A stretch of 64,000 nucleotides of DNA from Tubulanus polymorphus. Taxonomy: Eukaryota; Animalia; Nemertea. The position numbers were made by a program, and so were the translations under genes. The notes beneath the pieces are model-generated. The model was not told the origin of the DNA. It made no database searches and worked only from the letters and a program-made list of their open reading frames with translations. The number at the start of each line of letters is the position of its first letter. Positions within the stretch are counted from its first letter, which is position 1. The DNA lies in NCBI RefSeq assembly GCF_964204645.1, contig NC_134034.1:4357814-4421813 (forward strand). Reading direction: 5' to 3'. Below are positions 53,282 to 64,000 of the stretch, piece by piece.

Positions 53282-53478
53282 TAAAAGTAATAGGGGAATG
53301 TGGCTTCCATACCAAAGGTCGAAAGGTCGAGCTCGTAAAAAATGAAAATAACAATAATTTCCAGTTGAATTAGTCGCGCACACTTCTAATTCAACTAGAA
53401 ATTATTGTTATTTTCATTTTTTTACTCACTCACCCTTTCAACCTTTGATATGAAAGCCACATTCCCCTATTACTCTTA
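53282..53478. repeat. Imperfect palindrome of about 195 bp (arms about 90 bp)
   Basis: AGTAATAGGGGAATGTGGCTT...GTTGAATTAG [TCGCGCACACTT] CTAATTCAAC...AAGCCACATTCCCCTATTACT. Confidence 0.9.
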
Positions 53479-53677
53479 AAATATTCATTTACATGGATAA
53501 AATATATATGAATAACATATAAAAGTAATTAGAAAAGTGGGGTTTCAAGCCAGAGATCGGAGGTCGAGCTCTTATAGCATAGATATATAGATATATTTTA
53601 AACATATTTCAATATTTATATTTGTATGAGTTAGATTTTTAAACATTAAAAGTGTCAGTAAAGTGTGATTGAAATAA

Positions 53678-53846
<169 letters not shown>

Positions 53847-53905
53847 GAATAACATATAAATGAATAAAATATAAAATCTATTTAGTAAAAAAATATGTAT
53901 AATAA

Positions 53906-54560
53906 ATGGAACCAGAAACCACAAACTATCAATATTACAAATAACACCGGCGTTATAAACATATACTACAAGAAGTGTTCTAAATGTGAATAAGATAAAT
54001 TAGCTATAACAGAATTTAATAAGCGTTAGATTAGCAAAGATGGTTTTCAATATTGCTGTAAAACTTGTATTAAACTATATGCCAAACAATACCGAGAAGA
54101 TAATAGAGAAGCTTATAATGATTATATGACAGAATATATGAGAGAAAGATATCAAACTGATTTTAATTTTAAAGTGAAACAATGCTTAAGATCTAGATTA
54201 ACACAATTATTCAACAAAGAAACACATTCAGAAACACTATCTAATTTGTTGGGTTGTACAAATGAATTTCTCAAATCATGGATGATATATCAATTCGACG
54301 ATAAAATGAATATAGATAATTATGGTGAATACTTTCATATTGATCATGTGTTGCCGATTTCTAAATTTGACATGAGTGATGATTATAATAAGAAGCTAAT
54401 ATGGAACTGGAGAAATTTAAGGCCTTTAGAAAAGAAGGAAAACATAATTAAATCTAATAAACTAGATTTACAGTTATATTTAGATCAAGTGGTTCAAGCA
54501 AAGACATTTGTTGAATTATGGAATAGTGATCCAAATAGTATTAGCCTAAAGAGATACTAA
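53906..54560 (+). pseudogene. Zinc-ribbon + HNH endonuclease of the type common in large DNA viruses
   Basis: KKCSKC...DGFQYCCKTC (with internal stops), then FHIDHVLPISKFD...NWRNLRPLEKKENIIKSNK. Confidence 0.75.
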
Positions 54561-54611
54561 TATCATTTTATAATACTGATAATATTTTTTTCGCTTTTTT
54601 CTCTAATATAA

Positions 54612-55119
54612 ATGTCAAAGAAATCGGGTAAGAATAATAGCGATATTGAAAAACGTTAGATGATTTAGGTATTAGTGATGATAAGGATATTCCGACCAAA
54701 ATAATATTCAAGTTAATAACAATATAGATTATGAATACTATTTATATTGTAAACACCATCTTGAGTTACTTATTGCTGGCGGGAAATCTACGGAGTTTTT
54801 AAATAGAATCATTACTTTTCAAGAACTAGACTCTATGAAACCAGATAAAGTCATAAAATATTTCAAGATTTATGAAGAAGCTAGATTAGCTAGAGTAAAT
54901 GATTCTATTTCAGATGGTATTGTCAAATGTAATTCAAAATTATGTAAACGGTTAATACCAATTGATGATGAAAATAAATTATATAGTGATTTGAAAAATG
55001 ACTTCTTAGTTATGACTGAATTACAAAAAAGGGTTGGTTACGCTTCATTTCAATTAGGATCGGTTATGACATTAATTTCTACTGGTGTCATCTGCGAACA
55101 TCAAACCTATGGAATATAA
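54612..55119 (+). pseudogene. Polinton-like hypothetical protein (frameshifted)
   Basis: TAAATG start, broken frame, hydrophobic C-terminus. Confidence 0.5.
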
Positions 55120-55199
55120 ATCAGGTAAGAACGAAACAGATGTACTACAACCAAACGGCGAAACAGAAAATGAATCAGAACAAAAATTAACTAAAATAA

Positions 55200-55595
55200 A
55201 TGAGTGATGGTATTGCCGTACGGCACCCACACAGTGACGTTAAGAAAAAGGTTAGATCTGAAAAACAAATTAAATGGGCAAGAGAATTAGGTAAAAGATC
55301 TGCAGAATTAAAAAAAGCTAAGAAAAAGAAATTAACTGATATAAATGAATCACAGACTTTATCTGATATTGATTCAAATAACAATCCATCTAATTCTTAT
55401 AATGCTGGAAGAAATAATTACTTATATATTACAATTGGGTTAATCACAATTATTATATTATCCGGTGTAATATATAAATCAAAATTAAAATCTGATGATA
55501 AAGATGATTCCAATGATGATAAACCTATTATACCAGAAAATAAGTCAAATCATAAAGCCATTGAAACTAAATCTAAATTATTATTAATGGATTAA
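55200..55595 (+). CDS. Polinton-like basic protein with one TM segment
   Basis: 131-aa ORF with Lys-rich N-terminus and YLYITIGLITIIILSGVIY. Confidence 0.6.
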   Translation: MSDGIAVRHPHSDVKKKVRSEKQIKWARELGKRSAELKKAKKKKLTDINESQTLSDIDSNNNPSNSYNAGRNNYLYITIGLITIIILSGVIYKSKLKSDDKDDSNDDKPIIPENKSNHKAIETKSKLLLMD

Positions 55596-55601
55596 AATAA
55601 G

Positions 55602-56696
55602 ATGAAAAAAGAACAATATTTAAGAGATTTATATTATAACCCAGAAAGTGAAGTATCATATTCTAACGTTTCAGAATTATGGAGTAAAAGTAAATCTGAT
55701 AAAGAAAATGGTAATATAAAATATAGTGAATTAAAATCATGGTTACAAAATCAACCAACATATCAAATACACAAGAAAATGGATAAAACTTATTTAACAA
55801 GAAAAGTTATGGTTTCATATATCGATCAACAATGGCAAGCAAATTTAATTGACATGAAGAACTTAGAAGAACACAACAAAGGATATTTCTGGATATTAAA
55901 TGTTATAGATGTATTATAGATGTATTCAGTAGATACGCATGGTCAATTCCAATCAAAAATAAAACTGGTATAGAAGTAACAAATGATTTTAAATCAATTT
56001 TTAAAGAAGCTATTCCAGATAAGATACAATTTGATGAAGGTAAAGAATTTTATAACAAACATTTTAAAAAACTATTATCTGATAACGATGTAGAATATTT
56101 TTAAACACATTCAGATAAAAAAGCATCTATTATAGAAAGATTTAATAAAACATTGAAAACTAGAATGCGGAAATATTTTACTGCAAATGAAACATATAAA
56201 TATATCGATGTATTAGATGATTAAGTGAAAGATTATAATAATTCTAAACATAGTTCTATAAATATGAAACCTATACAAGCTAGAAAAGAAGATAATTCAG
56301 AAATAGTTTGGAATAATTTATACGGAGCATTTGTTACACATGATTTCGGTGAACCTAGATTTAAAATTGGACAACATGTTAGAATATCTAAATATAGAAA
56401 AACATTTTATAAGGGTTACACTCCAAATTTTACTGAAGAAATATTTAAAATCAAAAAGATAATATTAACTAAACCATTTGTTTATAAATAAGAAGATCTA
56501 AAAGATGAAGAAATATTAGGTTATTTCTATGAACAAGAATTATCACTTGTACCAAACCCAGATGAAATAGAATACAAAATAGAAAAAATATTGAAAACAA
56601 AAACTCTTAAAGGAAAAAAGTATTCTTTGGTGAAATATAAAGGATATGAAGATAAATTTAATGAATGGATTTTATCTAGTAAAATTAAAAGAATAA
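55602..56696 (+). pseudogene. Polinton rve integrase with C-terminal chromodomain
   Basis: LYYNP, QWQANLIDM (first Asp appears as Asn), IQFDEGKEF, IERFNKTLK, YNNSKHSSI, FYKGYTPNFTEEIF, FYEQEL, YKIEKIL...VKYKGY...FNEWI; an 11-bp ATAGATGTATT duplication shifts the frame, plus stops. Confidence 0.92.
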
Positions 56697-57302
56697 ATGA
56701 ATAAAGATTTATTTATATTTGAACCGCATAATATGTTAGTTACTGGAGTAACAAACTGCGGTAAAACACATTTCATATTAGATTTGTTAGAAACTATTTA
56801 TAAGAATCATTTTGATAATATAATATTATTCTGCCCTACTTATGAAATGAATAAAACATATAATAGAGATATAGTTAAGATAAAAAGGTTTATTATATTA
56901 GATCCTAAAACAGTAAAAGAAAATTTAGATAATTGTATAAAAATAGCATTAGATATTTATAAAGGATTAAATACATTATTCATTATAGATGATTGTGCTA
57001 ATTTACATGATTCAAAAGTTAGAGAAAGTGAGTTATGTTATCTAGCTTTCTCTGGGGGACATTTTGGGATAACAACATGGGTTTTAAATCAAAAATATAA
57101 TTCAATTGTTAAAGACTTTAGGGAGAATATAAGATTTTTAGTTTTATTCTACAATAAAGATAGAAAATCTATGCAACAATCATTGGAAGAAAATCAAATT
57201 ATACCTACTGAATTACATGATGAATATATGAATAAATTAAAGAAAGGTTCAAAATTATTACTGAGGCTTCAATTTCCCTATGAATATAAATTTATAAAAT
57301 AA
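56697..57302 (+). CDS. A32/FtsK-like genome-packaging ATPase
   Basis: Walker A GVTNCGKT, Walker B FIIDD, SGGH (usually GRH), LNQKY, FREN. Confidence 0.9.
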   Translation: MNKDLFIFEPHNMLVTGVTNCGKTHFILDLLETIYKNHFDNIILFCPTYEMNKTYNRDIVKIKRFIILDPKTVKENLDNCIKIALDIYKGLNTLFIIDDCANLHDSKVRESELCYLAFSGGHFGITTWVLNQKYNSIVKDFRENIRFLVLFYNKDRKSMQQSLEENQIIPTELHDEYMNKLKKGSKLLLRLQFPYEYKFIK

Positions 57303-57340
57303 AATCCTAATTTGGAATATTATAGAAACTAATTTATATT

Positions 57341-57578
57341 TCTATATACTAGACGTACGTAAGAATCCAAGATTCTTGCTAAGAAAGTAAGAAAGTAAGA
57401 ATTCTTGGATTCTTACTCGTACGTCTAGTACATAGATGTATAAATTATCAAATGAATTATATAAAAATGAATAAATTATATGTTTTCTCTTAATAAAAAT
57501 AAAAATACATTATATTATAACTATTTCTATACTTAGATTAATAGTTTTATGTTTTTAATTTTTTTGAAAATTATCATA

Positions 57579-57649
<71 letters not shown>

Positions 57650-57728
57650 TAGACGTACGAGTAAGAAAGTAAGATTTCTTGGATTCTTGGATTCTTACCA
57701 AGATTCTTACGTACGTCTAGTACATAGA
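57341..57728. repeat. Two palindromic units (57341-57436, 57643-57726) flanking an AT/(TA)n spacer
   Basis: Each unit is bounded by TACTAGACGTACG...CGTACGTCTAGTA and filled with AAGAA(AG/TC)-type 8-mers in both orientations. Confidence 0.9.
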
Positions 57729-57750
57729 TATAAAAATAGTTTTATTATAA

Positions 57751-58947
57751 TTATTCTAATTTTGTTTCTAATACATTTATAAAATCATCTCTGTTTATAT
57801 CTAATTCATCAAAAGTCTTAGGTAGATTTATTAATTTTAGTCGAGTCATCTTTGAATGATAATTAGTAGGTATATTAGCTTTTTCTCTTAATTTTTCTAA
57901 GTATTCATCAAAATCATCATTATCAAAATCAAATTGATATCCAAAATGTTTTATTAGATAACTTAAATCAATTTTTCCAAAATATAATAAAAAATAGATT
58001 TGTTCAGGATTATCTTCTGCATAAGCTAATAATTTATCAAATAACAACTTATAGAATATATAATATTGGTTAGTTTTAGGATTAAAATATTTGATATATT
58101 TCTCTGGGTTATTTAACAATGGTATCATACCCATTATTTTATAAACATTTATTAGATGTAATTTTGATTTATAATGAGTGTTTTCATCAACAGGTTCAAT
58201 TCTTTTATTACAATATTGGCACATTTTATTTCTTTCTATTTCTTCTAATTTCTTTTCATGTTCTTCTAACTTCCTTTCATTTTCGATATGCGCTTGAGAT
58301 TTTTTATGTTTAGAAAAATTACTTTTAGAAATATCTAAATCACAAATGTTACAATGTTTTTTAGAATCATCAATTGTTTCATTATCATAAGTTTCAATTA
58401 TATAAACATTATCTGTTATATTATCTATGGTATCATTTGTTTCAATTGTATTAACATTATCTATGATATTATCTATTATATTATTACCAGATATATTATT
58501 ATCATTATTATTCTTTTCTTTTTCTATATGTTTCTTTGATTTCTTATGTGATGCCCAATTTTTATATGATATATATTTCTTACATACATCACAATATTTT
58601 TGATTATAATAATCTTTTTTTTTGATTCAATATCATATGTAGAGGGTATATTATAAGATGTAGATGCTGTTACATCTTCTATTTTAGTTTCAATATTATT
58701 ACTATCTTCTATTTTAGTTTCAATATTATCTTCTATTTTATATTTAATATCATTCTTATCTTCTATTTCAGGTTCAATATTATTTTCTTTTTTTTGTTTC
58801 AATATTCTTATCTATTTTACTTATTCTATATTTGAATTGATTAAAGTATTCTCCAAAATACTTACTGTATTCATCATAAGGTAATATATAATATATATCT
58901 GATATCATTTCACTTGGAGTTTGTATTTCATATATTCCACCTTCCAT
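57751..58947 (-). pseudogene. Multi-C2H2 zinc-finger / acidic-repeat protein, frameshifted
   Basis: CQYC...HYKSKLH, CNICDL...H and CDVC...H fingers across several frames; repeated IETKIED units. Confidence 0.6.
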
Positions 58948-58979
58948 TTAATATAAGATTTTTTATTAAAGTTAAAATT

Positions 58980-60155
58980 TTAATATTTCATAACTCCTTT
59001 TTTCTTTTTCATGAATAATTGTATTCCATCTTTAGTATTTTGTAGTTTTTTCTCAGAACCATGTAATGAATTATCCTCTGTTGTTCTAAAATCTAACCAT
59101 AATGCATATTTATTACCGGTATAATAATCAATTTGATTAATATTACAATTTTCAAATGATTTTACTTTTTCATTCATAAAATGTTTTCTAATTTCTGGCC
59201 ATTGATCTATCATTCTCATTCCTTGACGAAATATTTTATTTGCTATACCTTCAATTGTTATTTCTACTTTTGTTATTTCAGGATTAAAATAATTATCAAC
59301 ATTTATTGCACCATTAGTATATGTTGCAATGGTAAAAAATATTAATATACCTTTAATAGATCTTCTTGGGATGTTAACATTCTCATTAATTATTTCATCA
59401 TTTGCATAAATAGTTACAGTTTTAAATTTTTCAATATAATCATATAATAATGAAAATCCTTGGTTGTAATGAGTTTGAATTATGCTAGCAATATTTTCAT
59501 CAGTTACTGTATCATATTCTAAACATATATTCGATAATTCATAACCCATATCTTTAACAACGCTGGATAATACAATTTCATTTACAGGAGCAAATGTTAT
59601 TTCGAATATAATATCTTCTTGTATAACATATTTGTATAAAGGCGCATTATTATTTATCAATTCAAAGTCTAATGGAATTTTATATTTGCTTCCATAAATC
59701 TTTTTTATCAAATTATCTGTAGCATTAGTTACTACTGCATTATTAGCCTCAGATCTTAATTTATTTTGGTTTTCTGATTGGATGCCTTGAAATATCATAT
59801 TATTTCTATTTTCTTTTGTTAACCATAAATCTTTATAATGCATGAATAAATTATAATTATCTCATGAGAAAACTGTTTCTGGTCCAATCTTTACAGCTAA
59901 TTTTTTAATCAAATATCTCCCAACATTATCAACAACATAATTATTATTATTACCAGTTACTTTTATATCGGCTGATAAATAAATACTATTTGGAACATAA
60001 AAAGTATTTTGTGTTAATCGAGGAATTCTAACATATAAAGTTTCATCGGGATTAATATTAGAAGGGTCATGAGTAATTATATGATGTGATCTTTCTGCTT
60101 TTATAGCATTAGATATTATATGATTCTTCGAAGGACTTATATAACTCCCACTCAT
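58980..60155 (-). pseudogene. Major capsid protein (double jelly-roll, Polinton-like), frameshifted near 59850
   Basis: IITHDPSNINPDETLYVRIP, VDNVGRYLIKKL, YKIPLDFEL, YELSNICLEYD, NIPRRSIKGIL, FNPEITKVEITIEG, LWLDFRT; beta-rich, about 390 aa, located beside the ATPase and integrase. Fold is inferred. Confidence 0.75.
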
Positions 60156-60189
60156 TTATTTAACAAAAAAATTAATTATTAATTTTATA

Positions 60190-61590
60190 TCATATTCACT
60201 AACCCAAAAATAATTGCACTTACAACTGTAATTAAAAATAAAATGATATGTTCAGCAGCAAAGTTAAGAATATTCCCAGCAGATTTCAATATAAAACCAA
60301 CAATTGACGCAATAACTCCGGGTAAAGCTGCAGCAGATTTTGTAGATAGTTCCCATAAATATTTTGCTAATTTCTTTAAACCATCCTTAACTTTATCTTG
60401 TATAGAATTATTATCATTCGGGAGTTTATCCGGTTTATTGGGAGTAGGAGTAGATTTCAGTGAGTTTTATATAGCTAAACCTATTGTTGTAAATTCCATA
60501 GTTACAGCTGTTAGAATTGAAAGAATTGTGATTCCTTCACTCTCAAATAATAATTTTATTCTATCTTTCAATGATATTTCAGAATTTGGTTTGATTATTA
60601 AATCTTTAACAACAACTTTTAATCTATTAATACAATAATCATGTGATTTTTTTAATAATTTAATTTCTTCTTTCTGAAATTCTATGTTATATTCTAAATT
60701 ATCAATTTCTTTTTCGAAATATACATTTCTTTTTTTAAATTCAATTTCTTCAATAACTTTATTATCTCTATCTAATTTTAATTGTTCTGATTCTTTTCTT
60801 GATTTAAATAATTTATCTTCTAAAGTTCGAATTTTAAAATCTCTTAACTTTTATCATGCGCAAATTTATCAGCTTTATTTTGTATACTAATAATTTCTCT
60901 AATTGCTTTATCAGAAAATATATTTAAATCTTCTAATTCTTGTTTTGTTGCATCAAGTAATCTATTTGGTAAAAGTTTTTCAGTTTGAACTCCTCTTGAA
61001 TTAGGTTTACTAGTTTTGGAAGTTATATTCTGTTCAGAAGTTGTTTCTGTTTCTAAATTATTATCGATTGTTTCAAATAATTCATTAATTCTTTGTTTAA
61101 ATACTCTTTCATTTTTAATAATTTCTTCTTGTGTTACATCTTCTATTTCATTACTATTTCTTATTCTTTTAATTCTAGATAGGTCTAACTTAAGCAAAGT
61201 TGATTCTGCTAATATTTTGTTTTGTTTTTTATAAGAGATATCAATATAATAATCATCTTTCAAATGATAATAATATTCATCATCTAATGATTTTAATTCT
61301 CTTACTAAATATCTAGCACCTCTATCATTGATATTATATCCTGATCTTTCAAATATAGGTTTGAAATTATAAATATATTCATTATATTCTAAATTTAGTT
61401 TTACTAAATCTGGATTTTCATTTTCAGGATTTATTCTCGATCTAATTCTTCTATCAAATTCATCTGTTAATGGGCCTTTAGAACCACTATCTGCTAAATT
61501 AGAATTATATGCTGATTCATCATCATTATCAATATTAGTTTCTGCATCATTATAATCATCATCAATATATCCTTCATTATTAATTCCCAT
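60190..61590 (-). pseudogene. Large coiled-coil protein with hydrophobic C-terminal segments (frameshifted)
   Basis: Acidic N-terminal ORF 60844-61590 continues in other frames to EGITILSILTAV...AAALPGVIASIVGFILK... Confidence 0.55.
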
Positions 61591-61600
61591 TTCTCCGATT

Positions 61601-62090
61601 TCATAATCTTCTACACCTTCTGAGATTAATATTATTATCCAATTCCTTAAAATATTTAGATCCGGGTAAAGGACATTCTAATTCATTTAATATTATTCTG
61701 ATTTGAAAATATGTGTGAAATCTAAATATTGTGTGAATTAATTTTAAATCAGAATAATTCAAATTTTTATCTAAGTTATTCAAATGATCATTCCAACTTA
61801 TACCGCAACCAGTTGTTGCACAATAAACAGCAAAATTTAATTGATTCTGCCAATATTTCATATTAGATTTTACTTTATATATATGATATTCATCTCGAGT
61901 AAAAGTAACTTCATATGTATTAAATATATTTTAGAAATAAAAAACTGTGATTCAGTAACATAAATTTCTAAATTAGTTAATGAATTTAAAACTAAATTTT
62001 TATATGTAATATTTTTGTTAAAATCTATTGCAGGAATATTATATTTGATTGATTTATTATATTGCAAAGCTTTTGGAAACCCCTTTTATA
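61601..62090 (-). pseudogene. Conserved Polinton-like hypothetical protein
   Basis: WQNQLNFAVYCATTGCGIS...FRFHTYFQIRIILNEL; broken frame; start codon apparently mutated. Confidence 0.55.
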
Positions 62091-62119
62091 TAATAAGAAA
62101 ATTAATAATTTATTAATTA

Positions 62120-62523
62120 TTTTAATAATTTATCTTGTTCTTCAACTGTTATATTACCATTTAAACTTATTATATAATCTAGTGTATTCTTCAATTTATT
62201 AATTTCTTTTATATTAGTTTTAATTTTTTCTTTATTACTTTTTATATTTAATTTTGAACTTATGCAGGTTAATACACTTGATGATAATCCTAACACACCA
62301 ATTGATATAGCTACTGAATATTGCTAGAAATGATATTACAGAACTAATTGTAACCGAACCACTGATAATAAGATAATATATAATTTTACTTTTTAAATAT
62401 TTTTTTCTTTTTTATCTTTAAGTCACTTTCAAATTGTAATATTCGTTTTTCTAAATATATTTTTAATTTAGTTTTATTTATATCATGAGGAATAATATTA
62501 ACACCATCAACTTCATCATCCAT
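62120..62523 (-). pseudogene. Coiled-coil/TM protein (frameshifted)
   Basis: TAAATG start MDDEVDGV, followed by hydrophobic IIYYLIISGSVTISSVISF. Confidence 0.5.
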
Positions 62524-62588
62524 TTATTTAGAAAAAAATTACTAATTAGTAAATTTATAAGCAACAAATATAACAATAACTGTTCCCC

Positions 62589-62942
62589 CTAAATTCCAAT
62601 TTTACTTGGGGTATAATAATCTGATATTGTAGGTTTATGTAGATGTAATTTTTCTTTATTGGTTACTGCGTTATATAAACTCATTGCATCATCAACTGAT
62701 TGAAAATCTCTATGTGAAATCTTCTGATTATATAATTCCTTGTTAATATAATCCATATAGTTTTGTCTTTTTTCTCTGTATTCTTCTGCAGCTTTATTAT
62801 ATTTTTCTAATGCTAAGTTATGTCTTTTTTGTTCTGTTAATGAACCATTTTTATCAATATGTTTAAATAAATAACCACCACCAGTAAATGCTAAAGCGTT
62901 AACTTTTGCTGATCCTAAAATAGTTATAATTGCAGAAGCCAT
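62589..62942 (-). CDS. Small Polinton-like protein with hydrophobic N-terminus and coiled coil
   Basis: MASAIITILGSAKVNALAFTGGGYLF...EQKRHNLALEKY. Confidence 0.65.
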   Translation of the reverse strand: MASAIITILGSAKVNALAFTGGGYLFKHIDKNGSLTEQKRHNLALEKYNKAAEEYREKRQNYMDYINKELYNQKISHRDFQSVDDAMSLYNAVTNKEKLHLHKPTISDYYTPSKIGI

Positions 62943-62967
62943 TTATTTAGCAAAAAAAATTATGCAA

Positions 62968-63189
62968 TTATATGGGAGGAATATATTTTTGTTTTTCCAA
63001 ATAATCAAAAGTTAAATTAGATAAAGTAACTGCTAACGTTAATTTTAAAATATCATTTATATCAAATCTATCAACATCAACACTTCCCATTTTAAATACT
63101 TTTTTTAATACCATTGAATAACCAACAGTTCCAACTGATAGTAATGCTCCATTATATAATCCAGTTATTATCCACTTATTATCACTCAT
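62968..63189 (-). CDS. Small hydrophobic Polinton-like protein
   Basis: 73-aa ORF with TAAATG start and two hydrophobic stretches. Confidence 0.65.
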   Translation of the reverse strand: MSDNKWIITGLYNGALLSVGTVGYSMVLKKVFKMGSVDVDRFDINDILKLTLAVTLSNLTFDYLEKQKYIPPI

Positions 63190-63549
63190 TTATTTATAAA
63201 AAAATTACTTTCTTCAAAATATTTAGTTATCTTATTTATGATTAATTCAACATTTATAGTATTATTAGGTTCATTTTCATATATTTCAGTTATTATTCTT
63301 TTAATATCATCAATTATAAAATCTTCATCTAATTCATAAAATCTTAAAGACTCGGTAATCTTTTCTACATTAAAGTTTCATTATCTATTGTTTTTTCATA
63401 CTCAAATGATGTTTCATTAGAAAATGCAATATTTTTAATATGTGTTATTACATCATTAATGTTAAATTTCATTTCTTTCTCATGTTTAAAATCAAATCCA
63501 AAACATATACTCGATCCAACAGTTATATTCATTTATATAGTGAAAAAAT

Positions 63550-64000
63550 TACTCTTTACATCTTATAATTACAGGAAAGTTATTCAAATCAATTAAATAA
63601 CCATTATGATTTCTAATTTCTAATTCAAAATTGTTAAATCGTGAAATACAAGGTATAAAATCACATTCTGTTAAATTATATATTATTTTCGTTCCGAATT
63701 GTTTAACATTTTGTAATGGTATAATATTTAATATACTAGAATTACAAGTTATATCTTTAGTTGCTTCAAAATTTTTTGTAGCATCAATTAAATCGCAATA
63801 AATATAAAAATGTGTGTTAGGTATTAAGTTTGGCGTAGCATCAATATTTGTGAAAGACCTGTCTGGAGGAATTCCTAACAGTTTAGCTATAGGTTTTTTA
63901 CCATAAATTTATTTTTTTCACTATTAGACAACCTTATCTTTATTCTATCAGAACTCTCACTTTTTAAAAATCTAATACTAAAACCGGAATTACTACCTAA
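63550..64000 (-). pseudogene. Minor capsid (penton-like) protein, C-terminal part
   Basis: IAKLLGI...FYIYCDLID...ILNIIPL...G...IRNHNGYLIDLNNFPV resembles the remembered Polinton penton C-terminus. Confidence 0.6.

Overview
Eukaryotic, intron-containing genomic DNA, most likely from an invertebrate animal (taxon not determinable here). Three host receptor genes: (1) a single-exon rhodopsin-class peptide-receptor-like GPCR (11599-12639, -); (2) an 11-exon divergent ionotropic glutamate receptor that I assembled by hand from splice signals (17603-31193, +, about 821 aa); (3) a 2-exon somatomedin-B-domain, Methuselah/adhesion-like class B GPCR (33212-36850, +, about 884 aa). Intron 1 of the iGluR holds a 4.65 kb Merlin-type DNA transposon with TIRs and a perfect 9-bp TSD, which carries a Harbinger transposase + Myb gene pair. 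39.8-53.3 kb is a field of decayed TEs: CR1/L2 LINEs, Harbinger, Zator, a RAG1/Transib/Chapaev-like transposase with an associated PHD finger, hAT and MITEs. From about 53.5 kb to the window end lies a very AT-rich, decaying endogenous Polinton/Maverick-like virus (HNH nuclease, chromo-integrase, packaging ATPase, major and minor capsid, membrane proteins). Most of its gene starts share a TAAATG motif resembling the poxvirus late promoter, and it has a paired-palindrome element between its two gene blocks. One good and one weaker hammerhead ribozyme motif are also present. All family assignments come from remembered motifs, not database searches.
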